Assembly: GCA_965223795.1 (NCBI GenBank)
Contig: CBDCXL010000002.1
Coordinates: forward strand, 384,001-448,000
Direction: 5' to 3'
Origin: Nitrospinales bacterium
GTDB taxonomy: Bacteria > Nitrospinota > Nitrospinia > Nitrospinales > VA-1
Length of the DNA: 64,000 nucleotides
Positions 30,801 through 41,098 of the stretch are shown here, piece after piece. The position numbers were made by a program, and so were the translations under genes. Below the pieces are notes generated by a model. It was not told the DNA's origin. It did not search any database and worked only from the letters and a program-made list of their open reading frames with translations. Numbering within the stretch: the stretch's first letter is position 1; the number at the start of each line of letters is the position of its first letter.

Positions 30801-31676
30801 ATGTCTTTAGAAACCCTCTTTCCCGCTCCGGCTTTTAAAGAACATCTTCCTATCGAATACAAGGATCTCGTGGATCACGGCCCCTACGGTAAACAGAAGA
30901 AAGTCACCGACATGGGCAAATTCAAAGAGGTCCTGGAAGAACACCCCATGTGCGCCGGTTGCGCCATGACTCTGTTCATTCGCCTGGCTTACATCGGCAT
31001 GCCCAATCCGGAGCACTCCATTGTGGTCGGAACGGCGGGCTGTGGCCGCCTGGCCTTGTCCCAGGCTTCGGTTCCATTTATTTACGGCAACTACGGCGAC
31101 ACCAACGCAGTGGCCTCGGGCCTGAAACGCGGCCTCGAAATCCGCTTCCCCAAAACCAATAAAGACGTCGTGGTGATGGCCGGTGACGGCGGTCTGGTCG
31201 ACATCGGTTTCCAGGGTCTCATGCACAGCTGGTTCCGGCACGAAAAGTTCACCACCATCATGCTGGACAACGAAGTGTATGGAAACACCGGCGGACAGGA
31301 AAGCGGCATGACCAACAAGGGGAAAGTGCTGAAGATGGCTCCGCGCGGCAAGATCGATGAGAAAATGGACGTGCTCGGTCTGGCAAAGGTCGCAAAACTG
31401 GACTACATCGCGCGGCTGGCGCCCACCAACCCCGCCCGTGTCGCGCGGACGGTACGCCGGGCCATCCTGGTCGCCCGTGAATTCGGCGCGACTTACATTC
31501 AGGCTTACACTTCCTGCAACATCGAGTACTCCATCCCGACTCCGGACGTCATGAAGGATGCCTTTGAGATTGAAAAGGAACGCTACGGATTTGAGGAAAT
31601 CATCTCCGATCGCGCCCGGGAATATCTGAAAGATATCGAAGCCAAAGAGAAGAAGAAGAAAAAAGCCAAAAAATAA
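30801..31676 (+). CDS. forB: 2-oxoacid:ferredoxin oxidoreductase beta subunit (TPP-binding)
   Basis: CAGC, GTAGC, GDGG...DNEVYGNTGGQ TPP motif. Confidence 0.88.
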   Translation: MSLETLFPAPAFKEHLPIEYKDLVDHGPYGKQKKVTDMGKFKEVLEEHPMCAGCAMTLFIRLAYIGMPNPEHSIVVGTAGCGRLALSQASVPFIYGNYGDTNAVASGLKRGLEIRFPKTNKDVVVMAGDGGLVDIGFQGLMHSWFRHEKFTTIMLDNEVYGNTGGQESGMTNKGKVLKMAPRGKIDEKMDVLGLAKVAKLDYIARLAPTNPARVARTVRRAILVAREFGATYIQAYTSCNIEYSIPTPDVMKDAFEIEKERYGFEEIISDRAREYLKDIEAKEKKKKKAKK

Positions 31677-31689
31677 GGAGAAAACCACA

Positions 31690-32412
31690 ATGGCAGAAGT
31701 CAAGCGCTACAATGTCCGCATGGCGGGAATCGGAGGCCAGGGGGTTGTGACCGCATCCCATATCATCAGTAACGGTGTGGTCATTTCCGGAGGGCACAGC
31801 TCTCTCGTGCCGTTTTTCGGGTCCGAGAAACGGAACGCACCGGTTGAAAGTTACGTGAGGATTTCCAATCAGGAGATTTACGAGATCGGCGAGATCATCT
31901 TCCCCAACGTGATCATGATCTTCCATCCCTCCGTTATCACGCTGGGAAAATCCTACACGATGCCTTTTTACACCGGCCTCAAAAAAGGCGGCATCATTCT
32001 GATCAACAGCCGCACGCCCATCCCCTTCAGCCGTGATGAGCAACAGGAGATGGACGATATGGAGGCAAAACTTTATTACCTCCCCGCCACGGAATTGGCC
32101 AACGAAGTCGCCAAGACCGAACTGGCGACCAACATGGCCATGTGTGGCGCCATCTCGGCTGTTTTCGGGATGCCGGATCTGAAGTCCCTGGCGTTGTCCG
32201 TTAAGGACCGCTTCATCGGTAAGGGCATCGTCGTTTCCGGTGGCACCGCCGCCCTCGACAGCGCCATCGAGAAAAAATTCGCCAAGAAGCAGAAACTTCT
32301 GGAGGCGAATATGAAAACTCTTGAAGCCAGCTACACCTATATGATTGAAAAAGGCTGGGCGCATCCGGATGCAGCGCCTATCGATCTGGCAGCAAATATG
32401 GCTACTGTCTAA
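31690..32412 (+). CDS. forG: 2-oxoacid:ferredoxin oxidoreductase gamma subunit
   Basis: GIGGQGVVTA, FGSEKRNAPVESYVRIS. Confidence 0.85.
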   Translation: MAEVKRYNVRMAGIGGQGVVTASHIISNGVVISGGHSSLVPFFGSEKRNAPVESYVRISNQEIYEIGEIIFPNVIMIFHPSVITLGKSYTMPFYTGLKKGGIILINSRTPIPFSRDEQQEMDDMEAKLYYLPATELANEVAKTELATNMAMCGAISAVFGMPDLKSLALSVKDRFIGKGIVVSGGTAALDSAIEKKFAKKQKLLEANMKTLEASYTYMIEKGWAHPDAAPIDLAANMATV

Positions 32413-32432
32413 TATTTTTATTTGGAGAAACC

Positions 32433-32696
32433 ATGTACTACGTAGCTCAAGTTGACAAGGACATCTGTTCGTCAAAGAACTGTTCTCTTTGTACGACCTA
32501 CTGTCCTGAAGCAAACTGCATCAATTACAGCGAAGAGGACAAGTCCGCTTACGTTTCCGTAGACCGTTGCAAGGCTTGCGAAATCTGCGTCTATATCTGC
32601 GATGAGATTGCCAAGAACAATGCGATTCAGATGAAATGGATCGACAACCTGGACGAAGGTTTTGTGATCAAAAAGACCGGGGTTGTTCTGCGGTAA
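32433..32696 (+). CDS. forE: 2-oxoacid:ferredoxin oxidoreductase epsilon (ferredoxin-like) subunit
   Basis: C-x4-C-x2-C-x3-CP and CKACEICVYIC clusters; last gene of the operon. Confidence 0.8.
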   Translation: MYYVAQVDKDICSSKNCSLCTTYCPEANCINYSEEDKSAYVSVDRCKACEICVYICDEIAKNNAIQMKWIDNLDEGFVIKKTGVVLR

Positions 32697-32717
32697 CAGC
32701 AGTTTGATTTAAAACGG

Positions 32718-32753
32718 GGGTATTTGGGCGGCTGCGTCCAAATACCCTTTTTT
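32718..32753 (+). terminator. rho-independent terminator
   Basis: GGGTATTTGGGCG-gctg-CGTCCAAATACCC stem followed by a T run. Confidence 0.85.
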
Positions 32754-32789
32754 ATTTGCATTGAACCTCTGAGAAAGGACTTTCCTTAC

Positions 32790-33206
32790 ATGGAACAAAC
32801 CCTGGCCATCATCAAACCGGATGCCGTCGAACGCAACCTGATCGGGAAAATCATCGAACGCATCGAATCCAGCGGATTTCGCATCCTCGCCATGAAACGC
32901 ACGAGCCTGACCAAGAAGGTGGCGGAAGGGTTTTACCATGTGCACAAAGAGCGGCCCTTCTTCAACGATCTGACGACATACATGAGTTCGGGCCCGGTGG
33001 TTCTGATGGTGCTGGGTAAGGAAAACGCCATATCGGGGTGGCGGGAGCTGATGGGCGCCACCAATCCCAAGGACGCAGCGGCGGGGACCATCCGCAAGGA
33101 TTTCGCCATCGACATCGAGAAAAATTCCTCGCACGGCTCCGACTCGGCGGAAAACGCGGCGTTCGAAATCCAGTATTTCTTCAGCCAGACGGAAATAACG
33201 CCATGA
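32790..33206 (+). CDS. ndk: nucleoside diphosphate kinase
   Basis: [24 protein letters not shown]. Confidence 0.97.
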   Translation: MEQTLAIIKPDAVERNLIGKIIERIESSGFRILAMKRTSLTKKVAEGFYHVHKERPFFNDLTTYMSSGPVVLMVLGKENAISGWRELMGATNPKDAAAGTIRKDFAIDIEKNSSHGSDSAENAAFEIQYFFSQTEITP

Positions 33207-33736
33207 TTCAATCGACCCACACCACTAAATCGTTTGATCTGTCCGCAGCGTCTCGACGGACCGTCCGCCCGGCTTTATGGGGATGTCTTCTACTTATGTT
33301 ATTTTGGGCGAACGCGGCGCAGGCCGCGAAGCTGAAGACACCCGAGTACACGCTGTATAAAAACAGCGAAAATTACGGCATCGTGCTTTTTCCCAAAGGC
33401 AATGTGTATCCCGCGCTCGCCGATGCGTTGACGGCGCTTTTGTTTGAGCAGGTGGAATCGGGACAATCGGTGATGCGGTATGGAATCAAGGAAGAGAACG
33501 AGACCTTCATGATGCCGCTGGAGGTGCAGAAAAAACACCAGATCGAAAAATTTATTGTGATTCAAATCATCGCCGAAGATAGAATGTTGATCGGTGTGTA
33601 CGATCCGGAATGGGGCCTCACCCTGCCCTCTTCGGTGTTCACGCTGGAGCAGTTGAACGAGAATATACCCAAGACCTTGAACGTGTTTCGCGGCGACGCC
33701 CCCCGCCGGCAGATCCTGTGGGAGCCGCAAGGATGA
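33203..33736 (+). CDS. hypothetical exported protein
   Basis: ATGA overlap with ndk; hydrophobic signal segment ending AAQA. Confidence 0.65.
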   Translation: MIQSTHTTKSFDLSAASRRTVRPALWGCLLLMLFWANAAQAAKLKTPEYTLYKNSENYGIVLFPKGNVYPALADALTALLFEQVESGQSVMRYGIKEENETFMMPLEVQKKHQIEKFIVIQIIAEDRMLIGVYDPEWGLTLPSSVFTLEQLNENIPKTLNVFRGDAPRRQILWEPQG

Positions 33737-33780
33737 GAAACACGCCGTATGGATCCGTGGATTCTGAGAGGTGATCAGCC

Positions 33781-33972
33781 ATGCCTGTTTACGAGTACCA
33801 ATGCGAAAAATGTAAAAAGAACTTCGAGTTTCTGCAGAAGGTCGACGACGCGCCGATTGAAAAGTGCGAGGAATGCGGCGGCGACCTGCACAAGACCTTC
33901 GGCAAGATGACGTTTCATCTGTACGGACCGGGGTTTTACACCACGGACAACAAGAAGAAATATCTGAAGTGA
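33781..33972 (+). CDS. FmdB family zinc-ribbon protein
   Basis: MPVYEYQCEKC...CEECGG...GPGFYTTD. Confidence 0.9.
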   Translation: MPVYEYQCEKCKKNFEFLQKVDDAPIEKCEECGGDLHKTFGKMTFHLYGPGFYTTDNKKKYLK

Positions 33973-34067
33973 ACCGGGCAACGCACCGGCCCCCGGCCGT
34001 GAAACGCATTTCCCGAATATGAACTTTGCCGCGCAGGATCGCATCTGCCCGCGAATCCATTCAGCCT

Positions 34068-34493
34068 ATGATCTACATCACCCGGCGTCTCGAGTTCTGC
34101 GCCAGCCACCGCCTGTACAATCCCGATTTTTCCGATGACAAGAACGCCGAAGTGTTCGGCCTGTGCAACAATCCCAACGGGCATGGGCACAATTACGTTC
34201 TCGAGGTCACCGTGCGCGGCGAGGTCGCGCCGGAAACCGGGATGGTGCTCGACCTGAAAGCGCTCAAACGGATCATCCACGACGAGATCATCGAAAAAGT
34301 GGACCACAAAAACCTGAATGTCGATGTGGATTTCATGCGGGGCATCATTCCCACCGCGGAAAACATCGCCATCAAGTTCTGGGAAATCATCGCTCCAAAA
34401 ATCAAAAACGGAACGCTGCACGAGTTGAAACTGTACGAGTCCGAACGCAACTTCGTCGTCTACAGAGGAGCCGCCTGTGAAAGAGCTGATTGA
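34068..34493 (+). CDS. 6-pyruvoyl-tetrahydropterin synthase family protein (CX5HGH type)
   Basis: [32 protein letters not shown]. Confidence 0.92.
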   Translation: MIYITRRLEFCASHRLYNPDFSDDKNAEVFGLCNNPNGHGHNYVLEVTVRGEVAPETGMVLDLKALKRIIHDEIIEKVDHKNLNVDVDFMRGIIPTAENIAIKFWEIIAPKIKNGTLHELKLYESERNFVVYRGAACERAD

Positions 34494-35034
34494 AAAAATC
34501 CTGATGGAGCTGGGAGAAGATCCGGCGCGCGAGGGTCTCGAAAACACGCCGGAGCGGGTCGAGAAATCGCTGAAATTTCTCACCAGCGGCTACATGACCA
34601 ACATCGACGATCTGGTCAACGGCGCCCTGTACGAAGAAGAGTACGATGAAATGGTCATCGTCAAGGACATCGACGTGTTCAGTCTGTGCGAGCACCACAT
34701 GCTGCCCTTTTTCGGCAAATGCCATGTGGCGTATCTGCCGAAGGGCAAGATCGTCGGGCTCAGCAAGGTGCCGCGCATCGTGGACGCGTACAGCCGCAGG
34801 CTGCAGGTGCAGGAACGGATGACCACGCAGGTGGCCGAGTGCCTGGACCGGATCCTCAAACCCAAAGGCGTGGGCGTGGTCATCGAAGCGCTGCATCTTT
34901 GCATGTCGATGCGGGGCGTCGAGAAGCAGAATTCCTACACCACCACCAGCGCCATGATCGGCTCGTTCAAAAACGACGCCCGCACGCGCGGCGAATTCCT
35001 CAACCTCATTCAGCCCCAGGGCACCCGGCGCTGA
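34477..35034 (+). CDS. folE: GTP cyclohydrolase I
   Basis: [33 protein letters not shown]. Confidence 0.97.
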   Translation: MKELIEKILMELGEDPAREGLENTPERVEKSLKFLTSGYMTNIDDLVNGALYEEEYDEMVIVKDIDVFSLCEHHMLPFFGKCHVAYLPKGKIVGLSKVPRIVDAYSRRLQVQERMTTQVAECLDRILKPKGVGVVIEALHLCMSMRGVEKQNSYTTTSAMIGSFKNDARTRGEFLNLIQPQGTRR

Positions 35035-35184
35035 TCCCTTCGCCCAGAACAAATAACCCACAATAACTCAATAATTTAGAAAACCACAGCCGGCGTGAAA
35101 ACGGTGGCCGGGCGGGGAACTTTTTCTCGACGCCCCCTGCCGCTGTAGTACAATATACCAAGGAGAACCTTCATAAAGGCCGAC

Positions 35185-36147
35185 TTGGACACCCTCAGCA
35201 AAGACATCACCCTCGACAATCACCGCCTGATTCCCGAGATCTTCGGGGTGCACGACCTCAATCTCAAGCTGATCGAAAAGAAGTTCGACGTGCGCATCAC
35301 GACGCGCGGCAACGAGATCAAGGTCAACGGCGCGGCCGCCGCGGTGACCGCCGTCGAGAGACTGCTGTTGCAGCTTGAAAAACTGTTCGCGGAAAAAAAC
35401 CCGCCGCAGAACGGAGACATCAAGTTCGCGATCCGGCTGGTGGCGGAAGACCCTGAGGCGGATCTCGTTTCCATCTTCACGGAACGGGTGGCGGTGTCGC
35501 CCTCGCGCGGATTCATCACGCCCAAAGGTTCGGCGCAGCGCGACCTGATCCAGTCCGCCAAGAAACGGGACATCATCATCGCCATCGGCCCGGCCGGAAC
35601 CGGCAAGACCTATCTGACGGTGGCGCTGGCGGTGGAGGGGCTGCTCAAACGCAAATTCAAGAAAATCGTGCTGGTGCGGCCCGCCGTGGAAGCAGGCGAA
35701 AAACTCGGCTTCCTGCCCGGCGACATCTCGGAAAAAATCCATCCCTACCTGATGCCGCTCTACGACGCGCTCAACGACATGATGGAAGTGAACCAGGTGT
35801 GGCAGCTCATTCAGGACGGGGTCATCGAGATCGCGCCGCTCGCCTACATGCGCGGGCGCACGCTCAACGACGCGTTCATCATCCTGGACGAAGCGCAGAA
35901 CTGCACGCGCGAGCAGATGAAGATGTTTCTCACGCGGCTCGGCTTTCATTCCAAGATGGTGGTCACCGGAGACATCACGCAGATCGACCTGCCGCGGCAC
36001 GCGGACTCGGGACTGATCGAAGTGGAAAAGCTGCTGCGCGGCGTGGAAGGCATCCGGTTCATCCATTTTTCCGAGAAAGACGTGGTGCGCCACGATCTGG
36101 TGAAAAAAATCATCTCCGCGTATGAAAAAAACGGCCTCCAACGCTGA
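35185..36147 (+). CDS. phoH: PhoH family ATPase
   Basis: GPAGTGKT, RPAVEAGEKLGFLPG, YMRGRTL, DEAQN. Confidence 0.96.
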   Translation: MDTLSKDITLDNHRLIPEIFGVHDLNLKLIEKKFDVRITTRGNEIKVNGAAAAVTAVERLLLQLEKLFAEKNPPQNGDIKFAIRLVAEDPEADLVSIFTERVAVSPSRGFITPKGSAQRDLIQSAKKRDIIIAIGPAGTGKTYLTVALAVEGLLKRKFKKIVLVRPAVEAGEKLGFLPGDISEKIHPYLMPLYDALNDMMEVNQVWQLIQDGVIEIAPLAYMRGRTLNDAFIILDEAQNCTREQMKMFLTRLGFHSKMVVTGDITQIDLPRHADSGLIEVEKLLRGVEGIRFIHFSEKDVVRHDLVKKIISAYEKNGLQR

Positions 36148-36204
36148 CGCCCGCATGCCGGCACGCGCGTGCGCGGCCGCCTCAGGCGCCGCTTCTCCCT
36201 GCGC

Positions 36205-36666
36205 ATGACTGTCCTTCTGACCGACGAGCAGACGCAGCACCCGGTGGACGGCGACCGCTTGCGCGAACGCATGCGCACGGTGCTCACCGAGCTTGCGGCC
36301 GGAGACAAAGAGATCAGCATTCTTCTCACCGACGATACCGCCATCCGCGGGCTCAACCGGCAGTACCGGGAGCGCGACGCGGCCACCGATGTGCTGGCGT
36401 TTCCGCAGGAAGCGGAAGACAATTTCAGTTCCCATTTGCTCGGGGACGTGGTAGTGTCTGTGGAAACAGCACAACGGCAGGCGGCGGAACATCATCTGTC
36501 TTTGGACGAAGAGCTGGTTCTGCTTCTCATCCACGGTCTGTTGCATCTTCTGGGTTACGATCACGAAACCTCTCCTGAAGAGGCGGAACGCATGCGCGCG
36601 CAAACCTGGAAGTTGTTCGATACGGTGTTTCCGGGAAAAAAACCCTCCGAATCCTGCAATTACTGA
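36205..36666 (+). CDS. ybeY: rRNA maturation endoribonuclease
   Basis: LNRQYR, TDVLAF, HGLLHLLGYDH. Confidence 0.96.
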   Translation: MTVLLTDEQTQHPVDGDRLRERMRTVLTELAAGDKEISILLTDDTAIRGLNRQYRERDAATDVLAFPQEAEDNFSSHLLGDVVVSVETAQRQAAEHHLSLDEELVLLLIHGLLHLLGYDHETSPEEAERMRAQTWKLFDTVFPGKKPSESCNY

Positions 36667-36702
36667 ATTTTCCGTCTCACTCAAACACGGAGCGTGGCCC
36701 GC

Positions 36703-37188
36703 ATGGAACAGATCTGGGCTCCCTGGCGGATGGAATACATCAATTCGGAAAAATCCGGCGAGTGCATCTTCTGCACCCTTCCGAGCGCCGGCGACGATCC
36801 CAAGAACTTCATCCTGCACCGGGGACCGTTGTGCTTTGTCATCATGAACATCTTCCCCTACAACACCGGCCACCTCATGGTGTCCCCGTACCGGCATCTC
36901 GACTGCATCACCAAGCTGGACGACGCGGAAACCGGAGAGCTGAACCGGCTCACGAAAACCTGCGTGGAAATTTTAAGGGCCGACAAGAATCCGGAGGGGT
37001 TCAACATCGGCATCAATGTGGGGAAAGCGGGCGGCGCGGGGTTCGACGAGCACCTGCACATGCACATTGTCCCCCGCTGGATCGGGGACACCAACTACAT
37101 GCCCGTGCTCGCCGACACGAAAGTTCACCCGGAACATCTGCGCGCCACCTACGAAAAACTGAAACCGCTTTTTCAGAAAATCACCTGA
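36703..37188 (+). CDS. HIT family hydrolase
   Basis: WAPWRMEYI, CIFC, HLHMHIVPRW; possible alternative start GTG 36694. Confidence 0.92.
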   Translation: MEQIWAPWRMEYINSEKSGECIFCTLPSAGDDPKNFILHRGPLCFVIMNIFPYNTGHLMVSPYRHLDCITKLDDAETGELNRLTKTCVEILRADKNPEGFNIGINVGKAGGAGFDEHLHMHIVPRWIGDTNYMPVLADTKVHPEHLRATYEKLKPLFQKIT

Positions 37189-37206
37189 ATTCCAGGCCGA
37201 TCCTCG

Positions 37207-39867
37207 ATGAAGTCCGGCACTCCGTCTTTGCGCCCATCGGAAGAAGACACGCCCATGATGCAGCAGTACCACCGCATCAAACGGGAGTGCGCCGACGCCA
37301 TCCTGTTTTTCAGGATGGGCGATTTTTACGAGATGTTCCATGACGACGCAAAGGAGGCCTCGCCGATTCTGGAGATCGCCCTCACCTCCCGCAGCAAGAA
37401 CAAATCCCAGCCCATCCCGATGTGCGGGGTGCCGTACCATTCGGCGAACGTCTACATCTCCAAGCTGATCAAGGCCGGGAAAAAGGTGGCGATCTGCGAG
37501 CAGACCGAGGACCCCAAGCAGACCAAGGGCCTGGTGAAACGGGAGATCGTGCGCGTGGTGACACCGGGCACGGTGATCGACGACGCGCTGCTCGATCCCA
37601 AGGAAAACCATTTCATCGTCTCGCTCTACGGCGGGCGCGACGGGCTGGGGCTGGCCGCGCTGGACGTCTCCACCGGATTGTTCAAGGTGACGGAAATCCG
37701 CGGCGGGGACGCGGCGCTTGCGGATGAGCTGGAAAAACTGGATCCCAAGGAAGTGCTGACGCCGGAGACGCTGCCGGACGAGAGCGTGCTGCCCCGGCAT
37801 TGGGCGCACAACGGCGGACCGTTCCGGCACACGCTGGAGGACTGGAAATTTTCCCACGGCGAGGCGCGCGGCAAGCTCCTGGAACATTTCAAGACGCATT
37901 CTCTGGAAGGCTTCGGCTGCGAAGCGCTGGTGTACGCGGTGTGCGCGGCGGGGGCGCTGATCCGCTACCTGGAGGAAACGCAGAAATCCACGTTGCAGCA
38001 CATCCATTCGATCGCGCCGTTTCACATCGACGACCACATGCTGCTGGACCCGACGACGATCCAGAGTCTGGAGCTGGTGCGCTCGAGCGAGGGCAGCCGC
38101 AAACACTCCCTGCTCGATCTTCTCGACGGCTCCAAGACGCCGCTGGGCGCGCGCCGGATCAAGGAATGGATTCTCAAACCGCTGGTGAAGCGTGAGGACA
38201 TCGAGTCGCGGCTGGACAAAGTCGGCGCGTTCAAGGAAAACGTCCTGCTCAGAAACGACCTGCGCGACCTGCTTGCGCGGGTGCACGATCTGGAACGGCT
38301 GACCGGCCGCATCGCGCTCGCCGTGTGCAGCGCGCGCGATCTGGTGGCGCTCAAAAACTCGATCGCGACGTTTCCCAAAATACGCGAACTGCTGCAAGCC
38401 GCCCCGGCACCGGCGGTGCAGGCGATCACGCAGGACTGGGACGATCTTGCCGACCTGTTCAAGCTGATCGATACGAACATCGCCGACGAGCCGCCGTTGA
38501 ACTTCAAAGAAGGCAACGTCCTCAAACCGGGCTGCGATCCCGAACTCGACCGGCTGCGCGCGATCCGCAAGGACGGCAAACAGTGGATCACGGCGCTGGA
38601 AGCGAAAGAAAAAGAGCGCACCGGCATCCCGGCGCTCAAGGTGGGCTACAACAAAATCTACGGTTTCTACCTGGAGGTGACGAAAAAGCACCAGGACAAA
38701 ATTCCCAAAGAGTACATCCGCAAGCAGTCTCTGGTGAACGCCGAGCGCTTCGTCTCCCCGGAGCTGAAGGAACAGGAAGCGGAGATCCTGGAGGCCGAGG
38801 AAAGGATGATCGCGCGGGAGCAGTCCCTGTTCCAGGAGATCCGCGCCCGCATCGCCGACGAGGGCGCGCGCGTCCAGCACATGGCGCGCATCCTCGGCGA
38901 GACCGACGCGCTGCTGGCGTTCGCGGAAACGGCGCACCGGCACAACTACTGCCGGCCGGTGACCGGCGGGGACACGGAACTCGTCCTCACCAACAGCCGG
39001 CATCCGCTGGTCGAGCGGCTGGCGCCCGCCGGTCAGTTCATCGCCAACGACGTGCATCTGGACACGCAGGACCGGCAGATCCTGATCCTCACCGGCCCCA
39101 ACATGGCGGGCAAATCGACCTACCTGAGGCAGGTGGCGCTGATCACGCTGATGGCGCAGATCGGCTGTTTCGTGCCGGCGGAATCGGCGCACATCGGTCT
39201 GGTGGACCGCATCTTCTCGCGCGTCGGGGCGCAGGACCACCTGCTCAAGGGCGAATCGACGTTCATGGTGGAGATGAACGAGACCGCCAACATCCTCAAC
39301 AACGCGACGTCCAGCAGTCTCATCATTCTGGATGAGATCGGCCGCGGCACCAGCACCTTCGACGGCATCAGCATCGCCTGGTCGATCGTGGAATACCTGC
39401 ACCGGGACAACCGCGGACAGGGCGGCCCCAAGACGCTGTTCGCGACGCATTATCACGAACTGACGGAACTGGCACTGGTGCTGGAGGGCGTGAAAAACGC
39501 CAATGTCCAGGTCAAGGAGTGGAACGAGGAGATCATTTTCTTAAGGAAGATCGCCCCCGGCGGCGCGGACAAGAGCTACGGCATTCAGGTGGCGCGTCTG
39601 GCCGGGCTGCCAGACCGGGTGATCCGGCGCGCGGTGGAGGTGCTGGACAATCTTGAAAAAAACGAGTTCGACGCACTGGGCCTGCCGAAAATCTCGCATT
39701 CCGAGATACCGTCTGTCCCGCCCGATCAAATGACCCTGTTCGGCCAGGAAACCCATCCGGTGCTGAACAGACTGAAAAGCGTGAAGCCCGACGAACTCAC
39801 GCCGAGGCAGGCCCTGGACCTCGTGTACGAACTCGCGGCGCTGGAAAAGGAGAACCGGAGTGCGTGA
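37207..39867 (+). CDS. mutS: DNA mismatch repair protein MutS
   Basis: TPMMQQY, GDFYE, TGPNMAGKSTYLRQ, DEIGRGTST, C-terminal QMTLF. Confidence 0.99.
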   Translation: MKSGTPSLRPSEEDTPMMQQYHRIKRECADAILFFRMGDFYEMFHDDAKEASPILEIALTSRSKNKSQPIPMCGVPYHSANVYISKLIKAGKKVAICEQTEDPKQTKGLVKREIVRVVTPGTVIDDALLDPKENHFIVSLYGGRDGLGLAALDVSTGLFKVTEIRGGDAALADELEKLDPKEVLTPETLPDESVLPRHWAHNGGPFRHTLEDWKFSHGEARGKLLEHFKTHSLEGFGCEALVYAVCAAGALIRYLEETQKSTLQHIHSIAPFHIDDHMLLDPTTIQSLELVRSSEGSRKHSLLDLLDGSKTPLGARRIKEWILKPLVKREDIESRLDKVGAFKENVLLRNDLRDLLARVHDLERLTGRIALAVCSARDLVALKNSIATFPKIRELLQAAPAPAVQAITQDWDDLADLFKLIDTNIADEPPLNFKEGNVLKPGCDPELDRLRAIRKDGKQWITALEAKEKERTGIPALKVGYNKIYGFYLEVTKKHQDKIPKEYIRKQSLVNAERFVSPELKEQEAEILEAEERMIAREQSLFQEIRARIADEGARVQHMARILGETDALLAFAETAHRHNYCRPVTGGDTELVLTNSRHPLVERLAPAGQFIANDVHLDTQDRQILILTGPNMAGKSTYLRQVALITLMAQIGCFVPAESAHIGLVDRIFSRVGAQDHLLKGESTFMVEMNETANILNNATSSSLIILDEIGRGTSTFDGISIAWSIVEYLHRDNRGQGGPKTLFATHYHELTELALVLEGVKNANVQVKEWNEEIIFLRKIAPGGADKSYGIQVARLAGLPDRVIRRAVEVLDNLEKNEFDALGLPKISHSEIPSVPPDQMTLFGQETHPVLNRLKSVKPDELTPRQALDLVYELAALEKENRSA

Positions 39868-39935
39868 TATTCGCGCAATACGCATTTCCTGACACGCGTC
39901 CGCTTCATTAGAAATCGTTGCAAAAGTCTCTTGTT

Positions 39936-39995
39936 TGTCATGCTGAGCTTGTCGAAGCATGATTCAGGAAACCCTTCGACAAGCTCAGGGTGACA
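39936..39995. repeat. REP-like inverted pair (family A), un-nested form
   Basis: TGTCATGCTGAGCTTGTCGAAG ... CTTCGACAAGCTCAGGGTGACA inverted repeat after mutS. Confidence 0.9.
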
Positions 39996-40148
39996 TCCAT
40001 TTTCGATTTCTTTTCCGTTCGGCTTATCCAACGATATCATATTGGAAAAGCGATATTTCTATCGCCGGGACGAACGCGTTTGCCTTAAATTTTTCAAACA
40101 CTTTTTATCCTTTTTCCGCATGTTTTTCCCTTCTTTCGAACTCGTGCC

Positions 40149-40218
40149 CGTGACCGGGATCACAAGCATAAGCCCCGTTTTTTACTGACTTTACATCCTC
40201 TCCGAAATGAGGTATCTT
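40149..40218 (+). promoter_or_regulatory. CRP/FNR-like box plus sigma70 promoter
   Basis: CGTGA-N6-TCACA at 40149-40164; TTTACA(40190-40195)-N17-TATCTT(40213-40218). Confidence 0.5.
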
Positions 40219-40396
40219 AGAAGCAGCGGGAATCCCGCGTTTTTCGGGCTCCCGGCGCAGGCTCATTATCAGGAAGATGGATACCTTGTGTGCAGGAGGT
40301 TGAATACCGCGTATACCGAATTAATCGTTGCAGATCCGCATTCATGACCGTATTGAATAGTTAGGTTTTCAACCTGTTTTTTACCGGAGGAGAGGC

Positions 40397-41098
40397 TTGG
40401 ACCTTTCGACTATTCGCAGGACTTCAGTGGTTCCATTCAAAACCGGCGGGATCGCCGGGTTGTTTTTCTTTTTGCTCGTGTTCGCGACGCCCGTCTTTGC
40501 GGACACGCCCGCCATCGCCAACCTGGAAGTCAACACCCAGGGCCGTTACATGACGATGGACGCCGATCTGGTGGATGGATTCACCGGGAAAATCGTCGAA
40601 GCGATTGAAAGCGGGGTCCCGATGACCTTCACCTTTCAAATCGAGCTGAGAAAGCACAATCCTCTCTGGGCCGACGAGTTGATCCGTTCCAACACCATCC
40701 ACCACACGGTTCAGTACGATTCGCTCAAGAAGGCGTACCGTTTTTCCGAAGTCGGCAAGAACGTGAACCGCAAGATCATCACCCGCAAAAAGAGCCGCTA
40801 CCGGCACCTGATGTCGACGTTGAAAAACATCCCCATCGCGCCGCTTTACCGGCTCGATCCCAACGAAGACTATTACGTCCGGGTCAAGGCCGACCTGGAG
40901 ATGGACCGATTCTGGTTTCCGTTCAATTATTTATTTTTCTTCGTTCCTTTCAATGACTTCGAAACCCAGTGGACCGAAACGGCCTCCGTCACCGTGGTTG
41001 CGGATGCGGACGCCCCGGACGAAGAGTTTGCCGGCAGTCCGCGGGAAGACCGGCCGTCCAAGGGGTTGAATCATGTCATCCGGTCTTTTAACAAATAA
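40397..41098 (+). CDS. DUF4390 family periplasmic protein
   Basis: Signal-like N-terminus, AIESGVPMTFTFQIEL motif; directly upstream of an NtrY-like kinase. Confidence 0.75.
   Translation: MDLSTIRRTSVVPFKTGGIAGLFFFLLVFATPVFADTPAIANLEVNTQGRYMTMDADLVDGFTGKIVEAIESGVPMTFTFQIELRKHNPLWADELIRSNTIHHTVQYDSLKKAYRFSEVGKNVNRKIITRKKSRYRHLMSTLKNIPIAPLYRLDPNEDYYVRVKADLEMDRFWFPFNYLFFFVPFNDFETQWTETASVTVVADADAPDEEFAGSPREDRPSKGLNHVIRSFNK

Noticed and set aside
36973..39456. 827-aa ORF antisense to mutS
   Set aside because: Shadow frame of mutS.
39726..40153. Short ORFs across the repeat after mutS (CHPELVEG/MLRQAQHD peptides)
   Set aside because: They are translations of the family-A REP.
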